A DNA stretch of 64,000 bases from Alphaproteobacteria bacterium (GTDB lineage: Bacteria > Pseudomonadota > Alphaproteobacteria > RF32 > CAG-239). Positions 9,935-18,418 of the stretch are shown here, one piece after another (within the stretch, counting starts at the first letter, position 1; each line of letters starts with the position of its first letter). The translations under genes were made by a program, and so were the position numbers. Where the stretch lies: positions 252-64,251 of the forward strand of contig JAFUSH010000046.1 in the NCBI GenBank assembly GCA_017471705.1, given 5' to 3'. Below the pieces are notes generated by a model that worked only from the letters and a program-made list of their open reading frames with translations, ran no database searches and was not told where the DNA came from.

Positions 9935-10182
9935 CAGTAATTTACCTCTCTTAAATTCTCAATCCATTGTTTTAATAGCTCTGCCTGTGCTTTGATATTA
10001 TTTTTTTGAGAGGCGGAAACGCTGGCTTGTTCAAGTTCAGACATACGGTCAACAATGGCTTTCATTCCATCTTTTCTTTCCCTGTCGGTAACATATTGCC
10101 CAAAGATTATTTTGCCTAAGGTCTCGGCAATTTTCTTATCGCTCATTAAGACAGTTAAAACTGATTCCAGATTGTTTTCCAT
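9934..10182 (-). CDS. small helical protein embedded between hsdM and hsdS
   Basis: 82 aa. It shares single boundary nucleotides with the hsdM stop (10182) and the hsdS start (9934), so it is translationally coupled. No motif recognised. Confidence 0.45.
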   Translation of the reverse strand: MENNLESVLTVLMSDKKIAETLGKIIFGQYVTDRERKDGMKAIVDRMSELEQASVSASQKNNIKAQAELLKQWIENLREVNY

Positions 10183-11627
10183 TACATCAGCTCCTTAAGT
10201 TTAGCGAGAATTTCAGAACTTTCGGCATCAAGTTTCTCTATTTCCGCAATAATCTCTTTCGGCTCACGATAAACAACGTCATCACTCTTATTCGGGTTTT
10301 TAACCGATAAATCTAATGTATCCGGATTAACATCTTTCAAATCAACAAACCAAGAATTCTCGGTTTCTTTTTGCCCTTTGAAGCACTCTAAGAAATCTGC
10401 CAAATCATTTTCGTTCAATGGATTGGTTTTGCCTAAATTCCGGTCAAGGTTTAGCTGATAATACCAAATTTTCTTTGTCGGTTCGCCTTTTTTGAAAAAC
10501 AGCACCACAGTTTTTACTCCGGCAGAAAATACTTTTGCCGGCAAATCCAACACCGCATATAAATTACAGCTTTCTAATAGCTCTCTCCGGACTTCCGTTG
10601 CATCACCATTGCTTAAAAAGGTATTTTTAATAACCACACCGGCATTACCTCCGGCTTTTAAGTATTTGATAAAATGCTGAATAAACATATAAGCCGTTTC
10701 ACTGGTCTTTATCGGAAAGTTTTGAATGTCCGATTTGCTTGTTGCCGCACCAAAAGGCGGATTGGCTAAAATAACATTAAACTGGTCTTTGGTTTGCACC
10801 GCCATAATGTTTTCCGAAAGCGTATCTTTGCGGATAATATTCGGCGCTTCAACCCCATGTAAAATCATATTCATAATGGCAATGATATACGGCAACGGCT
10901 TAAATTCTTTACCGTAGAGCGTTTTCTTTTGCAAGATTTCCATCTCATCAACGGTTAATTGCTTGCTTTCCTTAAGATAATTAAAAGCTTCCACCAAGAA
11001 GCCGGCAGAACCACAAGCGCCGTCATAAATTTTATCGCCCAATTTTGGTTGAACAACATTGATAATGGCTCTGATGAGCGGTCTTGGGGTATAATATTCA
11101 CCGCCGTTGCGCCCGCTGTTACCCATATTTTGAATTTTACCTTCGTAAAGTTCAGAAAGCTCGTGCTTTTCTTCCGAGGTTTGAAAGCGCATTTCTTGCA
11201 TAATATTGATGACGGTGCGCAAAATATAGCCATCATTGATTTTGTTTCTTAATTCACTGAAAATAACCCCGATTTTATATTCCAAAGTGTCGGCGGCTTC
11301 CGCTAATTCCTTAAAATGCGCCAAATAAGGCCACAACTTATCCCTGACGAAGTTTACTAAGTCATCCCCGGTCATAGCTTTGTGATAATCAAGCTCGCCA
11401 TCTGCAGTTTTAGGATAAGCCCAACTGCTCCAAGTATAATTCTCGTCAATAATCGGGGTATATTTTTTGCCGTTAAGCTCGGCTTCCATCGCCCGGTTGT
11501 TTTCCAAATCTTCCAGATATTTCAAGAACAACAGCCACGAAGTCTGCTCAATATAATCCATTTCGGTTGAGCAACCGGCATCTTTGTGCAACTCATTATC
11601 AATATTCTTAAAACTCTGTTCAAACAT
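10182..11627 (-). CDS. hsdM: type I restriction enzyme M subunit (N6-adenine methyltransferase)
   Basis: Motif I 'YDGACGSAGFLVEA', motif IV 'ILANPPFG', HsdM_N-like N-terminus. Confidence 0.9.
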   Translation of the reverse strand: MFEQSFKNIDNELHKDAGCSTEMDYIEQTSWLLFLKYLEDLENNRAMEAELNGKKYTPIIDENYTWSSWAYPKTADGELDYHKAMTGDDLVNFVRDKLWPYLAHFKELAEAADTLEYKIGVIFSELRNKINDGYILRTVINIMQEMRFQTSEEKHELSELYEGKIQNMGNSGRNGGEYYTPRPLIRAIINVVQPKLGDKIYDGACGSAGFLVEAFNYLKESKQLTVDEMEILQKKTLYGKEFKPLPYIIAIMNMILHGVEAPNIIRKDTLSENIMAVQTKDQFNVILANPPFGAATSKSDIQNFPIKTSETAYMFIQHFIKYLKAGGNAGVVIKNTFLSNGDATEVRRELLESCNLYAVLDLPAKVFSAGVKTVVLFFKKGEPTKKIWYYQLNLDRNLGKTNPLNENDLADFLECFKGQKETENSWFVDLKDVNPDTLDLSVKNPNKSDDVVYREPKEIIAEIEKLDAESSEILAKLKELM

Positions 11628-11653
11628 AGTATAATCCTTTATACAACCAGACT

Positions 11654-12928
11654 TTAATCCTTCAAGCTTCCAACCGGAACGATCAAAATACCGTCCTTAC
11701 GGCGATAAGCGTAATCACCAACGCCGGTCAGCACCATTTTAAATGCCGGAGCCTTCATTTTTGTGGTATCAATTGTGTTCGCCAATTTATTCAGGGTTGC
11801 GACACCTTCTTCAATAAGTTTATCGCCACCGAGCTTAATCTCAATGAGGCCGTATGATCCGTTTCGCAGATGAACAACCGCATCACATTCCAGATCGCTA
11901 CTGTCTCTGTAGTGATAAATTTTGCCATCAAGGGTTTCAGCATAAACACGCAAGTCACGAATACACATATTTTCAAAAATCAGCCCCATGGTATTAAGAT
12001 CATTTATCAAATCTTTCGGTCCTAGACCTAAAGCCGCTGTGGCAATGGAAGGATCTGCAAAATAACGCGTATCAGACATTCTGATAGCCGATTTAGACCT
12101 TAAATTAGGATTCCAAGCAGGAGCATCTTCAATCACAAATATTTGTTTCAACGCTTTAATATACGAAGCAACTGTATCATCTGAAATTTTACTCGCCTCG
12201 TTAGCAACAATATCTTGTACAATAGACGACATTTTGGTAGGTGCGGCAACAGATCTAGCGTACGAACGCATTATTCTAGCGGCTCGCTCTGCATTACGTT
12301 CCACATTGTCAACCCGAGAAATATCGCTATTTATTACACCATCATAATAATCAAAAGCTTGTGCTAGAGCTACACGCTCTGAGCAATCAAGTGCTTTAGG
12401 CCAACCACCGCGACAAATTAAAAATGATAACTTCTCCAAATCAATATCTGATTTCCCAGCAATATCCGTATTACCGGCAAATAATTCTTTCAACGATACG
12501 TTTCCAGTAGAGTCCTCTGATTCATACAAACTCATCGGTCGCATTAACATTCTCGCTATTCTACCGGTACCCGAATGAAAAATTTCGAATATGTCAGCAG
12601 GAACAGCCGAACCGGTTAATATAAATTGCCCGAACTCATCACGTTCATCAACTTCATAACGCACAGCATCCCAGAGTTTCGGAGCTACTTGCCATTCGTC
12701 AATCAATCTCGGTGTATCACCTTCAAGCAGTACCGACGGTTTAATATTAGCTAATTCAATATTACTAGAAGATTTATCTTGGTCCTGCATAACAACAAAG
12801 CTCTTCGCTACTTGCTTGGCTGTCGTCGTTTTACCACACCACTTTGCACCTTCAATTAATACAGCACCTTTACTTTCCAGCTTGAACTTTAATATTTCGT
12901 CTGCAATACGCTTTTTATACTGCTTCAT
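11654..12928 (-). CDS. AAA-type ATPase, AAA_14/DUF4143-like
   Basis: Walker A 'GAKWCGKTT' and Walker B-like 'PRLIDEWQ'. The ~420-aa layout is typical of DUF4143 ATPases. Confidence 0.6.
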   Translation of the reverse strand: MKQYKKRIADEILKFKLESKGAVLIEGAKWCGKTTTAKQVAKSFVVMQDQDKSSSNIELANIKPSVLLEGDTPRLIDEWQVAPKLWDAVRYEVDERDEFGQFILTGSAVPADIFEIFHSGTGRIARMLMRPMSLYESEDSTGNVSLKELFAGNTDIAGKSDIDLEKLSFLICRGGWPKALDCSERVALAQAFDYYDGVINSDISRVDNVERNAERAARIMRSYARSVAAPTKMSSIVQDIVANEASKISDDTVASYIKALKQIFVIEDAPAWNPNLRSKSAIRMSDTRYFADPSIATAALGLGPKDLINDLNTMGLIFENMCIRDLRVYAETLDGKIYHYRDSSDLECDAVVHLRNGSYGLIEIKLGGDKLIEEGVATLNKLANTIDTTKMKAPAFKMVLTGVGDYAYRRKDGILIVPVGSLKD

Positions 12929-12994
12929 TTTTTTACCTCTAAGTTACAATTTATGGGGAGTATAAGCCTTATTTTATAAAATTGCAAGACTAAA

Positions 12995-13055
12995 TTCGGT
13001 AATTTGTGACTTTTTCGTTCGGAAATTTGTGGAGTTTTCATTCGGCAATTTGTGG
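12995..13055. repeat. three direct repeats TTCGGnAATTTGTGr with 23-bp period, upstream of the AAA ATPase gene
   Basis: 'ttcggtaatttgtga' (12995), 'ttcggaaatttgtgg' (13018), 'ttcggcaatttgtgg' (13041). They lie 67-127 bp upstream of the start at 12928. Confidence 0.7.
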
Positions 13056-13307
13056 AAATTTATCTCACAGCTCCTTACTCAAGATATCCTGGCTTTCGGT
13101 GAGCATTTTACGGATGTACTCATCTAAAATGGCGGAGGTTTGGTGCTCGTCGGTTCCGAGTTCGGCGGCGATTAAGACTCCATAACGTACAGGGATTAAC
13201 AAGTTTCTCAAAACTCAGCCGTAGTTAAAGACGTTATTAGTTATATTTTATTGTATACTTTTTATTTTTGTGGTGCTACAAAAATAAAAGATGATAAAGG
13301 AGAAGCT

Positions 13308-14576
13308 ATGTTGCAAAAATGTTTAATGTATCCTGCTCTGCAAAAATTCTACAATGCTTTAACTATAGTTAATCAAATTGATAGCAGAAAATATATTTTT
13401 GAAACAATACCTCAAATAGATTCATTTTTCTCAGAAATGAGAAATATTACTTTTGTTATGCAAGAAAGTTTTAATTCTTCTGAATTAAAAAAAGTCTATG
13501 AGCAAGAAAGGGAAAAATTCTTAAATAACGAAGTTATGAAATGGTTCAACCAAACAAGAGTCGAAACAATCCATAAACACCCTTTTAAATTGGAAAAAGC
13601 TCTCTACGTAGAATTTTATTTGCCGAATTTTTCAACAAAAACAACTCTTGATAAATTAACAATAAATAATGATTTAAATTTTAGTGACTTGTATAAAAAA
13701 TTAAAGCTGTTTTTGGACACTAATTATTCTAATTGTATAGAATTATATCTAAGTACGACCATAACATTTTTAGAAAATGGGAATGAGGTTGATATTTATT
13801 CTGTTATTCAAAAAGGCATAGAAATAATGTATGCTATGGTAGTTGATATAATGAGGCTTTATCCTTGTAATTGCGAAAAATGTAATAAATTAAAAAATGA
13901 AATAAAGAGACTTATTGATGCCGTAAGCGTAAAAAAAATAACTTTTTCTTCTGATTTGTACTATGCGGATAAAAAATTATCTATAGGAAGTGTTATTTGT
14001 GCTTCTTTAGGTTCCGGTTGTTCTTTATTATCCCCACCTGCACCTATAAAGAATAGCTTTTTAGATATTACTGACATGATGCCTTGTGATATGTCTTTTT
14101 TGAAAGTTTTTGCATACTATCATATTGTACTTGCAAGAATTCAACGCTCAGAATCTTCGGAAAGTGAGCTAATGCCAGCTTTTTTAATAATATATGAGAA
14201 TGATACACTTTCATTTTATGGACCTATTACTGGAACTAATAAATCAACATTCTATAGAGCCATAAGTGATGTAACTAAAATAATAAACAATAATAATATT
14301 AAAGCAATTCTTATACTGACAGAAGGATATCATTATGCCAATAAAGATATAGAACAATTGCAATCAATGAAATATGAGGAAAGAATTAAAGAAGCTTCCA
14401 GCGTAGTTATACTATTCACCCTTATTTCCAAAAATTTAGACGATATATATGGTATTGAAGTTGATTATGAAAATCTTTTTGATGGCAATTATATTGATAA
14501 ACAAATGAAGAATATAATAAAATACGAACCCTACAATCATATGGCATATCCTATTTTTAAGGCATTACATAAATAA
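13308..14576 (+). CDS. hypothetical protein (orphan, AT-rich)
   Basis: The long ORF has AAGGAG 5 nt upstream of the ATG at 13308; the track start at 13251 is a TTG. No motif recognised. Confidence 0.6.
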   Translation: MLQKCLMYPALQKFYNALTIVNQIDSRKYIFETIPQIDSFFSEMRNITFVMQESFNSSELKKVYEQEREKFLNNEVMKWFNQTRVETIHKHPFKLEKALYVEFYLPNFSTKTTLDKLTINNDLNFSDLYKKLKLFLDTNYSNCIELYLSTTITFLENGNEVDIYSVIQKGIEIMYAMVVDIMRLYPCNCEKCNKLKNEIKRLIDAVSVKKITFSSDLYYADKKLSIGSVICASLGSGCSLLSPPAPIKNSFLDITDMMPCDMSFLKVFAYYHIVLARIQRSESSESELMPAFLIIYENDTLSFYGPITGTNKSTFYRAISDVTKIINNNNIKAILILTEGYHYANKDIEQLQSMKYEERIKEASSVVILFTLISKNLDDIYGIEVDYENLFDGNYIDKQMKNIIKYEPYNHMAYPIFKALHK

Positions 14577-14665
14577 TATAACATTCTAGATTTTCATAAT
14601 TTGCAATGACAGCATAGATTTCAAAATATGTCCAGTCAATTTGTTATTATTTTAAGAAATCTCGG

Positions 14666-14706
14666 GTGACCAGGCAAGTGACCAGCCAGAAGTGACCAGT
14701 GACCAG
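14666..14706. repeat. GTGACCAG microrepeat (4 copies; GTGACCAGCCAGAA twice)
   Basis: 'gtgaccaggcaagtgaccagccagaagtgaccagtgaccagccagaa'. It sits where AT-rich sequence changes to more GC-rich sequence. Confidence 0.8.
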
Positions 14707-14893
14707 CCAGAATTTTTCACAATCGCTCAAAACCCTTATGGAATAAGGATTTCCGCAAAGGGGCGACCAGTAAACAAAAACCTGTTTCACTAGAAAAATG
14801 GCGCGGCTTGCGGCCCCGCATACAAAAATCTCCGGGAAGGACCCGTTAAACTTTCCGCCGGCGATGAATATGTTGTATCAAAAGTTTTTTCTT

Positions 14894-14922
14894 TTGACAT
14901 CGTGCATTTTGCGGTGATAATT
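14894..14922 (+). promoter_or_regulatory. sigma70-like promoter for the tautomerase-like gene
   Basis: TTGACA (14894-14899), a 16-17 bp spacer, then GATAAT/ATAATT. It lies ~35 bp upstream of the AGGAG-ATG at 14955. Confidence 0.45.
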
Positions 14923-14954
14923 AAAGCAAACATTATTTTATGAGGAGATAGAAA

Positions 14955-15299
14955 ATGCCGTACATTGAAGCAAAAATGAGTATTAAATTGGACGATCGCC
15001 AGAAAGATGACCTGCAGAAGAAGCTGACCGGTGCCGTGTCGGCCGCGTTTGGCAAGCCGAAAGCCTATATTATGGCGTGTATTGAGGACGATAAATCGTT
15101 ATATATGGCGGAGAAAAGGCTTGAAAAAGGTGCCTACATAGCTATCCGGCTGTTGGGGTCGGCATCTAAATCAGCATGTCAGGGATTAACCAGCGAAATT
15201 TGCGACATTTTGCAAAACGATTATGGTATTAACGGTGCAAATGTTTACGTAACCTACCATCCGGCCGACCTCTGGGGTTGGAACGGAAGTATGTTTTAA
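14955..15299 (+). CDS. MIF/tautomerase-superfamily protein
   Basis: It begins Met-Pro ('MPYIEAK', catalytic Pro1). The 114-aa length is typical of MIF-like tautomerases. It has its own promoter and terminator. Confidence 0.55.
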   Translation: MPYIEAKMSIKLDDRQKDDLQKKLTGAVSAAFGKPKAYIMACIEDDKSLYMAEKRLEKGAYIAIRLLGSASKSACQGLTSEICDILQNDYGINGANVYVTYHPADLWGWNGSMF

Positions 15300-15320
15300 G
15301 AATAGTTTTGGCTTATAAGC

Positions 15321-15354
15321 AAAAGGCGGTGGGGGGAATGCCACCGCCTTTTGT
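15321..15354. terminator. bidirectional rho-independent terminator
   Basis: AAAA-GGCGGTGG-(8 nt loop)-CCACCGCC-TTTTGT, between convergent genes. Confidence 0.8.
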
Positions 15355-15362
15355 GTTACCGG

Positions 15363-16139
15363 TTAAATATATAGGCCTTGATCAACCAGTCGGTGTAAGG
15401 CAAAATGCCAACCGCCCAGTTTTTTGCCTTTCTGGTTACACCAATCAGTTCGTTCGTAGTGCTCAAAGAAATGATCCAGGTCAATATCCATATTGTTACT
15501 TTTAACATACAATTCCACTTCCGTTCGATTCGGAGGGAATTGTTTAAAATGGTATTTTTTTGCCGGAGGCTCCATTTGCCGAGCAAAAATAGCCCCTAAG
15601 CTCACAAATCCCCCGTTGTCCGGATCCGAAAAATTTCGCTTGCGCGTATAATTTTCTTTCCTTTTAAAATTATTCCCCGGTTTATTTTCTTTAGTCGTGA
15701 GTGCCTGCGGGTCGGATTCCGGGCTAAGGTCGGGCTCGGGTCGGGCGCTGTCCTTATGACGACGCGTTCGAAACCGCTGATATTTCAAATAGTTAGGTAT
15801 CGAAATAAGTAGGGCGTTACCGAGGCGCATCGTCTTTACTTCGCCATTATTTTTCAGTTTGGTCAGCAAGCGCTTGACCTCGTCGCGAGATTTGTGCAAA
15901 TCTTCGCCTATATGCGCGTAGCTGGTCACATATTCGCCGGGGTGAATCGTGCGTGTACCCCAAAAGCGCGTTTTATAATTGGCACGCATTAACAGATAGC
16001 ACATCATTTTCCACGCCGCATCATCGTGAAACAGCGGCCAATTCACAAATTCCCGGTCAATAGTAATAAAGCCATACTCGGACGGGATTGTATCCGGAAA
16101 CGCCAAGCGTTCAGATTTACTCTGATTTTCTGTTTTCAT
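15363..16139 (-). CDS. winged-helix protein, possibly replication/DnaD-like, of the mobile element
   Basis: 'GEYVTSYAHIGEDLHKSRDEVKRLLTKLKNNGEV' looks like a wHTH. The C-terminal 'FFEHYERTDWCNQKGKKL' resembles phage replisome-organiser C-termini. It lies downstream of the recombinase in the same operon. Confidence 0.35.
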   Translation of the reverse strand: MKTENQSKSERLAFPDTIPSEYGFITIDREFVNWPLFHDDAAWKMMCYLLMRANYKTRFWGTRTIHPGEYVTSYAHIGEDLHKSRDEVKRLLTKLKNNGEVKTMRLGNALLISIPNYLKYQRFRTRRHKDSARPEPDLSPESDPQALTTKENKPGNNFKRKENYTRKRNFSDPDNGGFVSLGAIFARQMEPPAKKYHFKQFPPNRTEVELYVKSNNMDIDLDHFFEHYERTDWCNQKGKKLGGWHFALHRLVDQGLYI

Positions 16140-16157
16140 TGAAATTTCTCTTATTGT

Positions 16158-17873
16158 TTAATCTTGGCGAAAGCCGAACATTTTGCGCTGTTCGTTCCAA
16201 TCCACCGGAATTGTGTTGCGAATTAAGTCTTTTAACGTCAAATCACGCGGTTGCAGACCGGCCAGAATGCTCTCGACGATATCCGGCGCCAGACAGGTCA
16301 GACGAATGATTTTACCCATATAACTGCGGTCCATCTGCTCAAGTTGCGCCAGTTCCTGAATATTGAGGTTGCCGCGCTCGAGTTTATGTTGCCAACCGAA
16401 AGCCCGCACCAGAGCCACAATCATTTGTTTGTCCTGATGTCGTTCTTCCGCCTCGTCGCCGACATAAATTTCGGTTTGCTGTCGCCGTTTCAAAAACGCG
16501 ACATTTTCCGTCATTTCATAAGCCGAGGTTTCCGGATTATAAACCCATACGTTATTCTCGAGCAGGCTGTTTTGCACCAGTTTATCCATCGAATTTTTGA
16601 GTTGGATTTTGATTTTATCCGGCCAAATCGTAATCCGTGAGATGGCCAAATTGCAGAGTTGTTGACGCGTTTCTGCACTCAAAGAGTTAATCAGCTTGTT
16701 GCCCTGAACCACCTTAACCACATCGTATTCGGTTTTGTTCGGCACATGTTTGAGCACCTCTTTGGAGAGTGAATGCACCAATAGCGGGTCGGTAATCAGG
16801 GTTTTGAGCTTGTTCATCACATAATTTTCAAGCGCCAACGCCGGTACCGATTTGACCTCGCAAAAGCGGTAACTCTTGCGAATAGCCTTGAGTGACGTGT
16901 AATAATAGTATTCCTTATTGTGCTTGACCGCCTTGGTCGGAACCATTGCATAGCCGCAACACCCGCAAAATAAAAGACCTTTAAGTGTTTTGAACTCAAA
17001 GGTCTTGTTAATCGATGCCTTTTCGGCAAAGGGCTTATCTTTCAGCTTATGCACCTTATCCCACAAACTTTGCGAAATAATCGCTTCGTGCTGTCCGTCA
17101 TAAAGCTTGCCCTTATAAAAGATTTTGCCTAAATATATCCGATTATCTAAAATCCGGTACAGGTGGGCGCGGTCAAACTGCTTGCCGCCGACGACTTGGC
17201 CTTTTTTGGTAACCTTGCTTTTGGTGCGATAACCGTTGGAGTTGAGCCAATCTGCCAGATATTGCGGCGATTTGCAGACCAAATATTTTTCAAACATCAG
17301 GCGCACCACCTCGGCTTCGTCCGGATTAATCACCAGTTTTTTATCTTTCAGGTCGTAACCGAGCGGCAACGGTCCGCCCATCCACATGCCTTTCTTTTTC
17401 GAGGCCGAGATTTTATCACGAATACGTTCGCCGCTGACTTCGCGCTCAAACTGGGCAAAAGACAGCAATACATTCAAGGTCAGCCGACCCATCGAATCAT
17501 AGGTGTTGAAGTTTTGTGTTACCGAAACAAACGACACTTTATACTCGTCGAACAACTCCATCATCTTGGAAAAATCGGTCAGCGAACGGGTTAAACGGTC
17601 GATTTTATAGACCACAATCATATCAACTTTGCCGGCCCGGATATCTTCAAACAAACGTTTGAGGGCCGGGCGATTCATATTACCGCCGGAATAACCGCCG
17701 TCATCATAGTGTTCGGCTAAGGCTTCCCAACCCTGATGCACCTGCGACTTAACATAGTTTAAGCCGGCTTCGCGTTGCGCTTCTAAGGTGTTAAATTCTT
17801 TTTCCAGTCCTTCGTCCGTCGATTTGCGCGTATATATTGCGCATTTGATGCTCTTTATAATGTCTTCGCTCAT
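16158..17873 (-). CDS. large serine recombinase
   Basis: Resolvase catalytic domain 'AIYTRKSTDEG' and 'VVYKIDRLTRS'. Recombinase domain and Cys-rich zinc ribbon ('FCGCCGYAM', 'RFCEV'). 571 aa. Confidence 0.9.
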   Translation of the reverse strand: MSEDIIKSIKCAIYTRKSTDEGLEKEFNTLEAQREAGLNYVKSQVHQGWEALAEHYDDGGYSGGNMNRPALKRLFEDIRAGKVDMIVVYKIDRLTRSLTDFSKMMELFDEYKVSFVSVTQNFNTYDSMGRLTLNVLLSFAQFEREVSGERIRDKISASKKKGMWMGGPLPLGYDLKDKKLVINPDEAEVVRLMFEKYLVCKSPQYLADWLNSNGYRTKSKVTKKGQVVGGKQFDRAHLYRILDNRIYLGKIFYKGKLYDGQHEAIISQSLWDKVHKLKDKPFAEKASINKTFEFKTLKGLLFCGCCGYAMVPTKAVKHNKEYYYYTSLKAIRKSYRFCEVKSVPALALENYVMNKLKTLITDPLLVHSLSKEVLKHVPNKTEYDVVKVVQGNKLINSLSAETRQQLCNLAISRITIWPDKIKIQLKNSMDKLVQNSLLENNVWVYNPETSAYEMTENVAFLKRRQQTEIYVGDEAEERHQDKQMIVALVRAFGWQHKLERGNLNIQELAQLEQMDRSYMGKIIRLTCLAPDIVESILAGLQPRDLTLKDLIRNTIPVDWNEQRKMFGFRQD

Positions 17874-17874
17874 G

Positions 17875-18294
17875 TTAACCTCTCTTTTCCGATAGTCCGA
17901 AAAAACTGTAACCCGAACAGTGCCGACCGGTAATTTGCCGTGCCACCGCGGTCAAAGTCTTATAAATTTTGCCGTTATACTCAATTTGCGCCGCACCTCT
18001 AATGCGCACGCGATGCTCAACACCGTTATGGATTTTTACCAAAATCGTGCCGACACTCGGCAAACGCTCGTCTTTGATAAAAATCGGATTTCGGTATTCT
18101 TTCGAATTAAACATTTTAACCAGCATATTTTTTGTTTCCGGTTTCAAACCGCCGTATTTCAATTCCTGTAGCCTGTATCCGATACGGGATACGAAAAAAG
18201 CCTTACTGTTTGAACAATAAGGCTTATCAAAGTAGTCCAACCACATTTTCTGTAAATCTTTTAACGGATAGTCCTCTAAATTTTTCCAATTCAT
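17875..18294 (-). CDS. DUF2924-like recombinase-associated protein
   Basis: 139 aa immediately upstream of the serine recombinase (1-nt gap). 'LQKMWLDYFDKP...RIGYRLQELKYGGL' resembles DUF2924, a frequent partner of serine recombinases. Confidence 0.55.
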   Translation of the reverse strand: MNWKNLEDYPLKDLQKMWLDYFDKPYCSNSKAFFVSRIGYRLQELKYGGLKPETKNMLVKMFNSKEYRNPIFIKDERLPSVGTILVKIHNGVEHRVRIRGAAQIEYNGKIYKTLTAVARQITGRHCSGYSFFGLSEKRG

Positions 18295-18418
18295 GGCATT
18301 CCTTTCTGTTGAACAATGAATGCTTGCTTTTCCTGAAAAATCAAGTCATTTCTTCAAGAAAAACAGGCACAAAAAAAGCCCTCGGAATTTTACTTCCGAA
18401 GGCCGGTTAAAGTAGTCC

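Noticed and set aside
13071-13215. Possible C-terminal gene remnant on the minus strand ('...YGVLIAAELGTDEHQTSAILDEYIRKMLTESQDILSKEL-stop')
   Set aside because: Only ~48 codons are open after an upstream TGA, with no ATG and no family recognised. It may be a truncated gene at an insertion junction, but I cannot support a call.
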